This document shows, in pieces, positions 18,030 through 27,192 of a stretch of DNA of 64,000 nt. The DNA comes from an uncultured Alphaproteobacteria bacterium (GTDB lineage Bacteria; Pseudomonadota; Alphaproteobacteria; UBA7985). Below the pieces are notes generated by a model, which did no database searches, was not told the DNA's origin, and was given only the letters and a program-made list of their open reading frames with translations. Position numbers and translations under genes: made by a program. Location: the NCBI GenBank assembly GCA_905479265.1, contig CAJQLX010000006.1, forward strand, positions 2,621 through 66,620, read 5' to 3'. How positions within the stretch are numbered: the first letter of the stretch is position 1; every line of letters starts with the position of its first letter.

Positions 18030-19481
18030 ATGCCGGTCAAACTGCTGATAATCGAAGATTCCCCGTCGATGTTGCACATGTACCAAGGGTTCTTGCAAAA
18101 AGAGCCCTTTGACATTGCGACGGCATCAACCGGGAAAGCCGGGCTCCGTATCCTGCGCGACCAGCGGCCTGAATTGTTGCTCTTGGACTTGAAACTGCCC
18201 GACATGGATGGGCAGCAGATCCTTGAGTTGATAACGGAAGAGGGGCTGGGGACCACCACGCTGGTTATGACCGCGCACGGGTCCATCAATATCGCTGTTG
18301 ATGCCATGCGATTGGGCGCTCATGACTTCCTCGTAAAGCCTTTCGCGCAAGAGCGTCTGCTTCAGACGCTCCACAACGCCCAGGAGTTGCGCCGCCTGAA
18401 AACGAAAGTAGCGGTGTATCAACAGCTCGACCGACCCTCTTATGACGAAATGATCGGAAGCTCGCTCGCCATGCAAGCGGTCTACAGGATCATCGATGCT
18501 GCAGCACCGACTGACGCTACGGTTTTTATCACCGGTGAGACCGGCACAGGTAAAGAGTTGGTGGCGCAGGCCGTTCATCGGGCATCACCGCGCAAGGATG
18601 GCAATATCACCGTGCTCAACTGTGCGGCGATCCCCAAAGATTTGATCGAGTCCGAGCTGTTTGGTCACGTCAAAGGCGCCTTCACGGGCGCCACTGCAGA
18701 CCGAGATGGCGCCGCGCAAATGGCGCACAACGGCACTTTGTTCCTCGATGAAATCGGTGAGATGGACATTGGGCTGCAAGCGAAACTCTTGCGGTTTTTG
18801 CAGTCTGGAACCTTCCAGCGTGTAGGGTCATCGCGACTGGAAAACTCCAATGCGCGTATCATCTGCGCGACGAACCGCGACGCGTGGGCCGATGTCCAGG
18901 CCGGACGGTTCCGCGAAGATCTGTATTACCGCTTGAACGTTATACCTATTCCATTGCCCGCATTGCGTGAACGAGGCGCGGACGTGGTTGAAATCGCCCA
19001 GCATTGCTTGCGCCAGTTTTCCCAGCGGGATGGCAAGTCATTTCAGGATTTTGATCAACACGTACACAGCCTGCTCATGAACTACAGCTGGCCGGGGAAC
19101 ATTCGACAGTTACAGAACGTCATCAGAAACATCGTGGTGCTCCACGATGCCCCACTGGTTTCGATGACCATGATGCCTCCCTTGGAGCAGGTGACAGCGC
19201 AACCGGATCAGATGGCCCCCATGAGTGTTGGCGCTGGTGTCTTACCACCATCGAATCGGTCAGCGTCATGGACGTCGCCATCGATAATTCAGCCTTCACC
19301 CATGCCTTTGCAAACCGCTGCGGCCCAAGACCTAACGGAAGGCGACTTGCGTCCCATGTGGATCATAGAACAAGAAATGATCGACCGCGCGCTAGAGCTG
19401 ACGGGTGGCAACGTAAATCGGGCCGCTTCATTGCTCGAAATCTCACCCTCCAGCGTTTATCGCAAACGGACAGGCAAGTAG
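18030..19481 (+). CDS. Sigma-54-dependent response regulator, LuxO-like (REC + AAA+ sigma-54 activator + Fis-type HTH)
   Basis: 483 aa; block-by-block similarity to Vibrio LuxO: ITGETGTGKE, NCAAIPKDLIESELFGHVKGAFTGA, LFLDEIGEMD..LQAKLLRFLQSGTFQRVGSS, FREDLYYRLNVIPI.LP.LRERG.DV, WPGNIRQLQNVIRN, C-terminal SPSSVYRK HTH. Confidence 0.9.
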   Translation: MPVKLLIIEDSPSMLHMYQGFLQKEPFDIATASTGKAGLRILRDQRPELLLLDLKLPDMDGQQILELITEEGLGTTTLVMTAHGSINIAVDAMRLGAHDFLVKPFAQERLLQTLHNAQELRRLKTKVAVYQQLDRPSYDEMIGSSLAMQAVYRIIDAAAPTDATVFITGETGTGKELVAQAVHRASPRKDGNITVLNCAAIPKDLIESELFGHVKGAFTGATADRDGAAQMAHNGTLFLDEIGEMDIGLQAKLLRFLQSGTFQRVGSSRLENSNARIICATNRDAWADVQAGRFREDLYYRLNVIPIPLPALRERGADVVEIAQHCLRQFSQRDGKSFQDFDQHVHSLLMNYSWPGNIRQLQNVIRNIVVLHDAPLVSMTMMPPLEQVTAQPDQMAPMSVGAGVLPPSNRSASWTSPSIIQPSPMPLQTAAAQDLTEGDLRPMWIIEQEMIDRALELTGGNVNRAASLLEISPSSVYRKRTGK

Positions 19482-19689
19482 CTCGCCGTTATATTTAGGT
19501 TGCGAATAAGTTCCGTTTCATTATGTGCTAAAAAATCCAGTTATTATGCGCCTTTGCCTGTGAATCATGGGGATGTGGTGCGTAAAAACCACTAAAGGTG
19601 TCATCGAATCATTGATTCGAGAATTTTGATGGAGTCGGTGCACTGCAGTAGGCAGGAACGATTGTAACAAATTAGAATGAGGAACGATC

Positions 19690-20097
19690 ATGGCGTGGAC
19701 AGAAGAGCAAATTGACCAGCTCAAAGATCTTTGGAGCGAGGGCCTGTCTACATCCGAGATTGGTCGTAAGCTTGGCGTGACCAAAAACGCTGTGGTTGGC
19801 AAAGCTCATCGGTTGGGTCTTCCTCCGCGTCCGAGCCCAATCAAGCGTGCAACGGGCGCAAAGCGTCCAACCAGATCCAAGGTGATGGCCGTAAAGACGG
19901 CGTCGCGGGGACCAACATGCATGTGGCCTATTGGGCACCCGAACGAACCTGGTTTCCGGTTTTGTGGAAAGGGCGCGCTGACAGGTAAGCCGTACTGTCA
20001 GGAGCACTACGACATCGCCTATATCCCTGCGGGACGTCGTGACCGTGATCGCTCCGCCAATCGGCCAGCGTCAGGATCGACAAACAATCGTCGTTGA
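19690..20097 (+). CDS. gcrA: Cell-cycle transcriptional regulator GcrA
   Basis: 135 aa; N-terminal MAWTEEQIDQLKDLWSEGLSTSEIGRKLGVTKNAVVGKAHRL and C-terminal C.WP.G.P.....FCG....GKPYC..H motif are characteristic of GcrA. RBS GAGGAA. Confidence 0.85.
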   Translation: MAWTEEQIDQLKDLWSEGLSTSEIGRKLGVTKNAVVGKAHRLGLPPRPSPIKRATGAKRPTRSKVMAVKTASRGPTCMWPIGHPNEPGFRFCGKGALTGKPYCQEHYDIAYIPAGRRDRDRSANRPASGSTNNRR

Positions 20098-20134
20098 TCA
20101 TCGAGGGCCGAAAAGGGCTGTTTGGTAGAATAAG

Positions 20135-20161
20135 AAGGCGCTCGTTGAGGCGCCTTTTTTT
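20135..20161 (+). terminator. Rho-independent terminator after gcrA
   Basis: AAGGCGC-tcgttg-AGGCGCC hairpin followed by TTTTTTT. Confidence 0.5.
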
Positions 20162-20297
20162 GTGGGCGCGCGTCGAGGCGGAGGTTTGATGCGCAGCAAT
20201 GCGCGCAGAGTCCGCCAGTTGTTCCGAATAAGGCGTGTTTGTCTGACCGGTAATTGCCTAGGATAACGCCAACGCTCACACCGCAGGACATTTTTCC

Positions 20298-21080
20298 ATG
20301 AATTGGTCAGACTTAGTTGCTTCCGTCATCACCATTGCTGAAGGCGCGGGCGCGGAAACGCTTCGTCTCTACAAGTCCGACACACTGCAGGTCGATTCCA
20401 AGTCTGATGATAGCCCGGTTTCTGCGGCAGACTTAGCGGCCCATCATTACATCATGGATCGCTTGGAGGGCTTGATTGCTGGCGTTGAAGTCATTTCCGA
20501 GGAAAGCGCCGAAGCGCGAGGCTTTGAAGCCCCAACCGGTGATCGGTTTTGGCTGGTCGATCCTTTGGACGGCACCAAGGAGTTCATCAATCAACGTGAC
20601 GAGTTTACCGTAAACATCGCTTTAATCGAGCATGGGCGTCCGGTCATGGGTGTTGTCGTTGCACCAGCACTTGGCCAAACCTGGGCCGGTTCCCCAGAGC
20701 AGGCGATTAAGCAGGATGTTGGCGGCGAAAATCGTCGTGATATCAAGGTGCGTGACGTGCCACCGGCTGGATTAACCGTTACGGCCAGCCGATCACACGC
20801 AGATCCGGCTGCGCTTGAGGCGCTCTTAACAGGCCAAAAAGTCAATGAAGTCATCAATGCCGGTTCTTCTTTGAAATTCTGTCGCGTGGCTGAGGGTGCG
20901 GCGGATCTATACCCTCGACAAGGCCGCACAATGGAATGGGATACGGCTGCGGGGCAGGCGGTTGCGGAGGCGGCAGGGGCTGTCGTTCTGCGCTTGGACG
21001 GCAGAACCCCGCTCCAATACGGAAAGCAGGGATTGGACAACCCCCACTTTATCGTGGGTTTGCCGACAGTCGTGCAGTAA
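20298..21080 (+). CDS. cysQ: 3'(2'),5'-bisphosphate nucleotidase CysQ (PAP phosphatase, inositol monophosphatase family)
   Basis: 260 aa; IMPase-family metal-binding motifs (EE...WLVDPLDGTKEF, GSS.KF). Confidence 0.8.
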   Translation: MNWSDLVASVITIAEGAGAETLRLYKSDTLQVDSKSDDSPVSAADLAAHHYIMDRLEGLIAGVEVISEESAEARGFEAPTGDRFWLVDPLDGTKEFINQRDEFTVNIALIEHGRPVMGVVVAPALGQTWAGSPEQAIKQDVGGENRRDIKVRDVPPAGLTVTASRSHADPAALEALLTGQKVNEVINAGSSLKFCRVAEGAADLYPRQGRTMEWDTAAGQAVAEAAGAVVLRLDGRTPLQYGKQGLDNPHFIVGLPTVVQ

Positions 21081-21455
21081 CGCTGCTGCGACTGGGTTTT
21101 GAGCGGGCCGCCGGGCTCGATTAAAATATATCCCAGCCGGAATCCGCGTTGCGGTACTGATGGGAAGAACGGTCAATCTAAACACGTGTTTGAGGTTTGA
21201 GACGATTTGGTCGACGGTTTGGCTTCATGTTCTGAACAAGAATGGCCAGATCTTACGAAAAGTACTCTGACGGAAAAAACGCATAATGAATATTATGGAA
21301 AAATTGCGTGTGAGCCATCTGGTTCGGTGGGTTATTGGCCCGGTTCTCCGGCTTTGAACCCTTTCTGAACCAAAGCTGCGGTTCGTCGCGCCGCCCATCC
21401 TGTTGCGCCGTCCATCAATGCGTCCGCTATTTTGAGGAACGGCACCAACGGTCAT

Positions 21456-21764
21456 TCAGCTCATTTCCATTGTTTCAGCCACGCGCATCTCGCCCATTTC
21501 CAAGAATGGACACGCCTGGGCTATCTCAACCGCTGCGGCCATATCTTCGGCCTCAATCATCAGGAAACCCATCAGTGGTGGTCCACTGGGATCACTAACG
21601 CCATCTTTGCTGACAATTTTGCTTGTTTTAAAGGGGGTCTGCGGCATGACAATCGCCTCGCCCAAATTTTTCATCCAAGCCATGTAATCGGCCATGTGCT
21701 TTTGACCTTCTTCAGGTGAGGAAGGTTGACGGCCACCTTCGAAGGTCAATACGAACTTTGGCAT
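21456..21764 (-). CDS. YciI-like (Dabb/YCII-related) small protein
   Basis: About 100 aa starting MPKFVLTFEGG, the size and pattern of YCII-related proteins; weak recognition. Confidence 0.45.
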   Translation of the reverse strand: MPKFVLTFEGGRQPSSPEEGQKHMADYMAWMKNLGEAIVMPQTPFKTSKIVSKDGVSDPSGPPLMGFLMIEAEDMAAAVEIAQACPFLEMGEMRVAETMEMS

Positions 21765-21924
21765 GTTGGAACCTTTCAAATCTATGTTGTTAGAGCGTTA
21801 TATTGGGATTTTTGTCTTATGACACTCAGAACAGCATGACCAGACGTGCAGTGAATGTTCGAGAGAAGCGATTGAAGTTTGAGCCTTTCAGCCCTACTTG
21901 TCGGGTTCATCTGTGTGAGGCTCT

Positions 21925-23823
21925 ATGACTGAAACCGTTGCCACGCCTGCTGCCCGGCCTGATTCTGATCGCTCAGTGGATTCCGACCGCGGTTCGTCGT
22001 TTGCTGCTGAGCTGAAACGGGATCAGAAGCATAGAGAACAAGCGCGCTCCGTTCAGCCGCTCAGACGCCTGCTTCCCTTCATTGTTCGCTATCCAGCGAT
22101 TTTGGGGGCGTTTGTGGTGTTCTTGGTTGCCGCTTCGGTCCTGACGCTGATGCTGCCGGGTGCTTTTCGTTTGGTGGTTGATTGCGGCTTTGGCGGGGCC
22201 AAAGATTCCTCGTTTTGCGCGATGTTCCCCAGCGAAGGCTCGCTGAGCATCTTCTTTATCGTTGGCATCGTCGGTGCGCTGCTGCTGGGTGTGACCAGTG
22301 CCTTGCGCTTTTACTTCATCAGCTTGCTGGGCGAGCGCGTGGTGGCAGATTTGCGCGCCACGGTCTACGACCATCTTCTCTCGCTCAGTGCGACGTTCTA
22401 CGCCAATACCCGCACCGGTGAAGTTCTCTCCCGGCTTACGACGGATACCACGCTGATCCAGACTGTTGTTGGCTCGTCAATTTCAGTTGCGCTGCGTACG
22501 GTTGCAACGACATCGGGGGCGTTGATTTTGATGATTATCACCAGCTGGCAGTTGGCTTTGCTGATGATGATTGTGGGGCCGCTGATCATTCTTCCCATGC
22601 TGTATTTTGGCCGGCGGGTCCGGCGGCTGTCCCGATCAAGCCAAGACGCGCTGGCTGAGGCTTCTGCAAGAGCGAGTGAGAGCCTCAGGGCCATAGACAC
22701 AGTTCAAGCCTTTACCAGAGAACCCGAGGAACGGTCGCGGTTCCGAGCCGCTGTCGAAGAAACGTTCAAGGTTTCCATGCGGCGAATTCGCGTGCGGTCG
22801 ATGCTCACAGCCTCGCTGTTTTCCTTTGTCCTTGCTGGCTTGATTGCCGTGCTGTGGTACGGCGCGGTGCAGGTTCAGAACGGCGCGATAACGCCGGGGA
22901 CCATGACTCAATTCGTGATGTTTGCTTTTATCGCCGTTTCAGGCGTTGGCTTGCTGACGGAAACCTATGCAGAAGTCATGCGAGCCGCAGGCGCAACTGA
23001 GCGGCTGATGGAGATCCTTGCCGAGGCGCCCGGAATTGAGGCGCCTGCGCAACCAAGCGTCTTGCCGAGCATGATGCAGGGCTCCATCCGTCTCGATGAC
23101 ATTCATTTCGCCTATCCAAGCCGTCCCAATGCACAAGCCCTCAAAGGACTATCCCTGAGCATAGAGCCGGGACAAACCGTTGCTTTGGTTGGCCCGTCGG
23201 GCGCGGGAAAGAGCACTGTTTTCCAGCTTTTGCTGCGTCTTTACGACCCACAAGGCGGATCCGTATCTGTTGAAGACATCAACGTCCAAGACCTTGACCC
23301 AACGGCTCTGCGCCGGGCGATTTCGATTGTTCAACAGAATGCGCCCTTGTTTGCCGGGAGCGCGCGGGAAAACATTCGCTTTGGCGATCCATCGGCCAGT
23401 GATGCAGACGTAGAGGCAGCAGCACGCGCGGCGGAGGCTCATGACTTCATCATGGCGCTGCCGGAGGGCTATGACACCGCTTTGGGCGAAAACGCGGCAA
23501 CGCTTTCCGGGGGGCAGCGACAGCGTCTGGCCATTGCCCGCGCCATTCTGCGCAAAAGCCCAATCCTGTTGCTTGATGAAGCAACCAGTGCCTTGGATTC
23601 TGAGAGCGAGCAAGCGGTTCAGCAAGCCTTTGAGAAAATGTCCAAAGAGCGCACCACCTTGGTGATCGCGCACAGGCTGGCAACGGTGCTGAAGGCTGAT
23701 CGGATTGTCGTGCTGGAGGATGGCCAGATTGTTGACCAAGGCACGCATGAGGAACTGCTGGCGCGCGAAGGGCTCTATGCCCGGCTGGTCTCGCTACAGT
23801 TTGGGGCGCTCGATAGCGAATAG
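21925..23823 (+). CDS. ABC transporter, fused transmembrane + ATP-binding (MsbA/exporter type)
   Basis: 632 aa; six-helix ABC exporter TMD then NBD with Walker A GPSGAGKST, signature LSGGQRQRLAIARAIL, Walker B ILLLDEATSALD. Confidence 0.85.
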   Translation: MTETVATPAARPDSDRSVDSDRGSSFAAELKRDQKHREQARSVQPLRRLLPFIVRYPAILGAFVVFLVAASVLTLMLPGAFRLVVDCGFGGAKDSSFCAMFPSEGSLSIFFIVGIVGALLLGVTSALRFYFISLLGERVVADLRATVYDHLLSLSATFYANTRTGEVLSRLTTDTTLIQTVVGSSISVALRTVATTSGALILMIITSWQLALLMMIVGPLIILPMLYFGRRVRRLSRSSQDALAEASARASESLRAIDTVQAFTREPEERSRFRAAVEETFKVSMRRIRVRSMLTASLFSFVLAGLIAVLWYGAVQVQNGAITPGTMTQFVMFAFIAVSGVGLLTETYAEVMRAAGATERLMEILAEAPGIEAPAQPSVLPSMMQGSIRLDDIHFAYPSRPNAQALKGLSLSIEPGQTVALVGPSGAGKSTVFQLLLRLYDPQGGSVSVEDINVQDLDPTALRRAISIVQQNAPLFAGSARENIRFGDPSASDADVEAAARAAEAHDFIMALPEGYDTALGENAATLSGGQRQRLAIARAILRKSPILLLDEATSALDSESEQAVQQAFEKMSKERTTLVIAHRLATVLKADRIVVLEDGQIVDQGTHEELLAREGLYARLVSLQFGALDSE

Positions 23824-23886
23824 CAGCCGCGATTTGCTTTAAGCGGTGGACCTGCGGAAACTGGGGGCGAAATCCCCGTATTTGGA

Positions 23887-24981
23887 GTGTCCGCCATCCC
23901 CCTTCCCGGCTTCGTTCGAACCTATTCCATAGCGGCCTTGGGCTTTGGTTTTGCCCTTGTGGGCGGGGCCATCGCGCTGGCGGTTGGCATCCCCATTCCT
24001 TGGCTGCTGGGCGCTTTGCTGCTTTCGCTGGCCCTTGGCGCTTTTGGCCGACGCCCGGGATTTCCAGATCCAATCCGTGACCTCGCCTTTTTAATGCTGG
24101 GCTATTTCATTGGTTCCACGGCCAGCTCTGAGTTTTTCGGCAGTGTGACCCTGTGGGTGCCGTCGGTTCTGGTGAGTATCGCTCTGATCCCCATGATTAC
24201 CCTCAGCTCCGCCTTCGTGATCCACCGCATGACAGACTTAGAGCCCAACGAAGCCCTTCTTTGCGCCGTACCAGGGTCTTTGCCGTTTGTGGTGGCGGCG
24301 AGCGAAGACATGGGGCTGCGCACTCATCTGGTCATACTGTTCCAGTCGATCAGGCTGCTGTCCCTGACATTTGCGCTACCCTTTGCTCTTGGCTTTTGGG
24401 GGGTGCCGAGCGAGACAACGGCGCCTGTGGCCCTTGCCAGCATACCGCAAGGTCTCAACCCGGCTGACGTGCTGATCTTAATCGGCTCGCTGGGGTTCGC
24501 TGTGGTTTGTGCTGTGGTCGCGCGGCGGCTCAAAGTTCCCGCGCCGACATTCATTGGTCCGATGATGGGCGTGGCCGTCGCAAAACTTGGCGGTGTTCCC
24601 CTGCCCGACCTGCCACCGCTGCTGCTGTTTGGTTCACAAGCCGCGCTGGGCTGGATCATGGGCGCGCGCTTTGATGCAATTCCCTTCCGAGACCTGCGCA
24701 GGATGGCCCTCGCCTGCTTTGTTGGCTTGGGGGTCGGTGTGGGTGTTGCTCTCGCCGCTTGCGCCATGCTGGTTTGGCTGACGGGGTTGGACGCAAAAGA
24801 ACTGATGCTAGGGCTGGCACCGGGCGCGATCGAAACGGTGACGTCGATCGCGCTGGATCAAGGTGTCGATCCCTTGTTCGTCTCCACGCACCAAATTGCG
24901 CGCATGCTCAGCATTCCCTTGATCGCAACGGCGATGCTGGTCATTGGACGGCGACTGCTTGCGCTTGTGACTAAAGATTAG
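23887..24981 (+). CDS. AbrB-family (duplicated, 'putative ammonia monooxygenase'-type) membrane protein
   Basis: 364 aa; polytopic, with two similar halves typical of PF05145. Confidence 0.65.
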   Translation: MSAIPLPGFVRTYSIAALGFGFALVGGAIALAVGIPIPWLLGALLLSLALGAFGRRPGFPDPIRDLAFLMLGYFIGSTASSEFFGSVTLWVPSVLVSIALIPMITLSSAFVIHRMTDLEPNEALLCAVPGSLPFVVAASEDMGLRTHLVILFQSIRLLSLTFALPFALGFWGVPSETTAPVALASIPQGLNPADVLILIGSLGFAVVCAVVARRLKVPAPTFIGPMMGVAVAKLGGVPLPDLPPLLLFGSQAALGWIMGARFDAIPFRDLRRMALACFVGLGVGVGVALAACAMLVWLTGLDAKELMLGLAPGAIETVTSIALDQGVDPLFVSTHQIARMLSIPLIATAMLVIGRRLLALVTKD

Positions 24982-25378
24982 GGCGCAAGCCCGCCAGATC
25001 ATAACCAGCCTTGCTCACAGCATTGATGATGTCGTCCGCAGACATCTCGCCCTTGTGAGCCAATGACCACAGGATCGCCGAACGCATCCCACTGGCGCAA
25101 TGGGCCAAAATAGGCTTTGGCATTTCCGCGAGCGCTGCTTTGGTTTGATCGACGTGTTCCATGGTCAGTTGACCGGAGACCAACGGAATGAAGCGAACCT
25201 CCAGTCCCAAAGCCTCAGCCGCTGCCGTTGTTTCAGCCGCTGTGGGCTGACCGGGTGATTCATGGTCCGGACGGTTAATGATCAAGGATTTGAAACCTTG
25301 ATCGACAGCGCTTTGCAGATCGCTTTGTGAAACCTGCCCATAGGCGGAAAAATCTTTGGAAACGGTTCGGAAGCTCAA
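24971..25378 (-). CDS. TIGR01244/DUF442-type phosphatase-fold protein (beta-lactamase-hydrolase-like, Cys-x5-Arg loop)
   Basis: 135 aa; ILAHCASGMRSA resembles a PTP-type CX5R loop. Confidence 0.55.
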   Translation of the reverse strand: MSFRTVSKDFSAYGQVSQSDLQSAVDQGFKSLIINRPDHESPGQPTAAETTAAAEALGLEVRFIPLVSGQLTMEHVDQTKAALAEMPKPILAHCASGMRSAILWSLAHKGEMSADDIINAVSKAGYDLAGLRPNL

Positions 25379-25560
25379 TTTTTGTACCTCGGGTTAATGG
25401 CTTACCTGCTCAGATAGTACGGCTCACGCAATTATTGAAGAGGTTCACCACATTTCGCTGACGCCGTGAGTGAGGCTTAAGCGCAAACATGACCCATCGC
25501 CAAAGCATTCATACTTCCTAAGATACGCATATAACAGCCTGCTAATAAGCATGCAGAGAC

Positions 25561-25591
25561 AAAAAAAACGAGCGGGCCGCTAAGCCCGCTC
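25561..25591 (-). terminator. Rho-independent terminator after the aminotransferase gene
   Basis: On the minus strand, GAGCGGGC-ttagcg-GCCCGCTC followed by TTTTTTTT. Confidence 0.55.
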
Positions 25592-25618
25592 TCTGATGTT
25601 TAGACGTGGTAAAACCGC

Positions 25619-27004
25619 TTAGGCCAGAACGCGGGCCATAGCGCCGTCGATGGCCACAGTGATCTCATCCATATCGGACTTCGTGGAAATCAAGGCTGGA
25701 GACAAGCAAAGCGTATTATTGAACCCGGCCAGCGAGCGGTTGGTCGCGCCGATGATCACGGCAGACTTCTGCATACAATCCGCAACAATGCCCTGGACCA
25801 AAGCTTCATCCAGCGGTTCACGGGTTTCAATGTCACGCACCAGTTCCAGACCCAAGAACAACCCCTTGCCGCGCACCTGACCGGAAACGGCCGGGTACTT
25901 CGCTGCAATTTCTTCGAGCTTGCTGAACATGTACTCGCCCATTTGCGTGCAGTTATCGAGCAGGTTCTCATCTTCGAGAATTTTCATGTTCTCTAGCGCG
26001 GCCGCCGGTCCACCGGTGCAACCGCCAAAGGTCGAAATATCGCGGAAGTAAGACATGGGATCGTCCGCGTTATCTTTGAACATGTCAAAGACCGCTTCGG
26101 TGGTGACGGTGCAAGAGATGGCCGCGTAACCGGATGCAACGCCCTTGGCCATTGTCACCATGTCTGGCTCGATGCCGTAATGCTGATAGCCGAACCACGT
26201 CCCCGTGCGTCCCAAGCCACAAACAACTTCGTCAATGATCAGCAGGATTTCGTACTTCTTGCAGATTTCCTGCACACGCTCCCAGTACCCTGACGGCGGC
26301 GTGATGACGCCACCACCAGCGGTAATCGGCTCAAGAACCAACCCACCAACAGTGTCCGCGCCTTCACGCAGAATCACGTCCTCAATCGCGTTTGCAGCGC
26401 GAACGCCGTAGTCGGTCACGTCGCCAAACTGTGAGCGGTATTCGAGGCAGTGTGGGACTTCGATGAAGCCCTCTGGGAACGGACCGTACTGGTCTTTGCG
26501 TTGGTCCTGACCACCGGACGCCAGCGCAGCAATGGTTGTGCCGTGGTAATCGCGCGAGCGGTAAAGGATCTTTTGCTTCTTGCCGCCATGCTTGTTGTGG
26601 CTGATTTGGCGAACGATTTTGTAAGCCTTCTCGTTCGCTTCAGAGCCTGAGTTTGAGTAGTAAACGCGGCTCATGCCCGGCATCTTTTCAATCAGACGCT
26701 CGGCAAACTTTGCGCCCGGAATGGTGCCCATGGAGCCTGCGAAGTAGTTGAGCTTGACCAACTGGTCGCGTACGGCATCAGCAATCTGAGTTCGGCCATA
26801 GCCGACGTTTACCGTCCACACGCCGCCTGACGTCCCATCAAGGTGCTCACGCCCCTTTTGGTTCCAAACACGGTTGCCCTTGCCCTCGATAATAATTAGC
26901 GGGTCGGTGGTTTCGAACTTCTTGTGCTGGGTCAGGTGATGCCAAACGTTTGCGCGGTCGGCCTCTACGATGCCGGAATAGTCATTCTCGTACTGCAGGT
27001 CCAT
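25619..27004 (-). CDS. Class-III PLP-dependent aminotransferase (omega-transaminase / aspartate aminotransferase family)
   Basis: 461 aa; family-typical blocks (SGSEANE.A.K, LIIDEV..G.GRTG, PLP Lys in TMAKG). Confidence 0.85.
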   Translation of the reverse strand: MDLQYENDYSGIVEADRANVWHHLTQHKKFETTDPLIIIEGKGNRVWNQKGREHLDGTSGGVWTVNVGYGRTQIADAVRDQLVKLNYFAGSMGTIPGAKFAERLIEKMPGMSRVYYSNSGSEANEKAYKIVRQISHNKHGGKKQKILYRSRDYHGTTIAALASGGQDQRKDQYGPFPEGFIEVPHCLEYRSQFGDVTDYGVRAANAIEDVILREGADTVGGLVLEPITAGGGVITPPSGYWERVQEICKKYEILLIIDEVVCGLGRTGTWFGYQHYGIEPDMVTMAKGVASGYAAISCTVTTEAVFDMFKDNADDPMSYFRDISTFGGCTGGPAAALENMKILEDENLLDNCTQMGEYMFSKLEEIAAKYPAVSGQVRGKGLFLGLELVRDIETREPLDEALVQGIVADCMQKSAVIIGATNRSLAGFNNTLCLSPALISTKSDMDEITVAIDGAMARVLA

Positions 27005-27192
27005 TGGTTGTCTCCGTGTTCAGGCAAAAAGGCTCATCCATGCGCACTTGCCCGGTCAAACTCTATAACGATACCTATGGCGTCCAAATACCGACCTGCG
27101 CTTGAACAGTTGCGACAGGGCGTATCCTATTCGGGGTCGCTTTTAAGTTGTAGTTCAAGTGTGAAAACGTGATTTGTCAAGAAAACAGCCGG

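Noticed and set aside
21081-21455. 375-bp non-coding gap between cysQ and the YciI-like gene; a GC-rich near-palindrome GAGCGGGCCGCCGGGCTC and a 76-aa minus ORF (21225-21455)
   Set aside because: The palindrome is imperfect and not followed by a U-tract. The small ORF is Arg-rich with no support. It may still hold a promoter or sRNA, but nothing in the sequence supports one.
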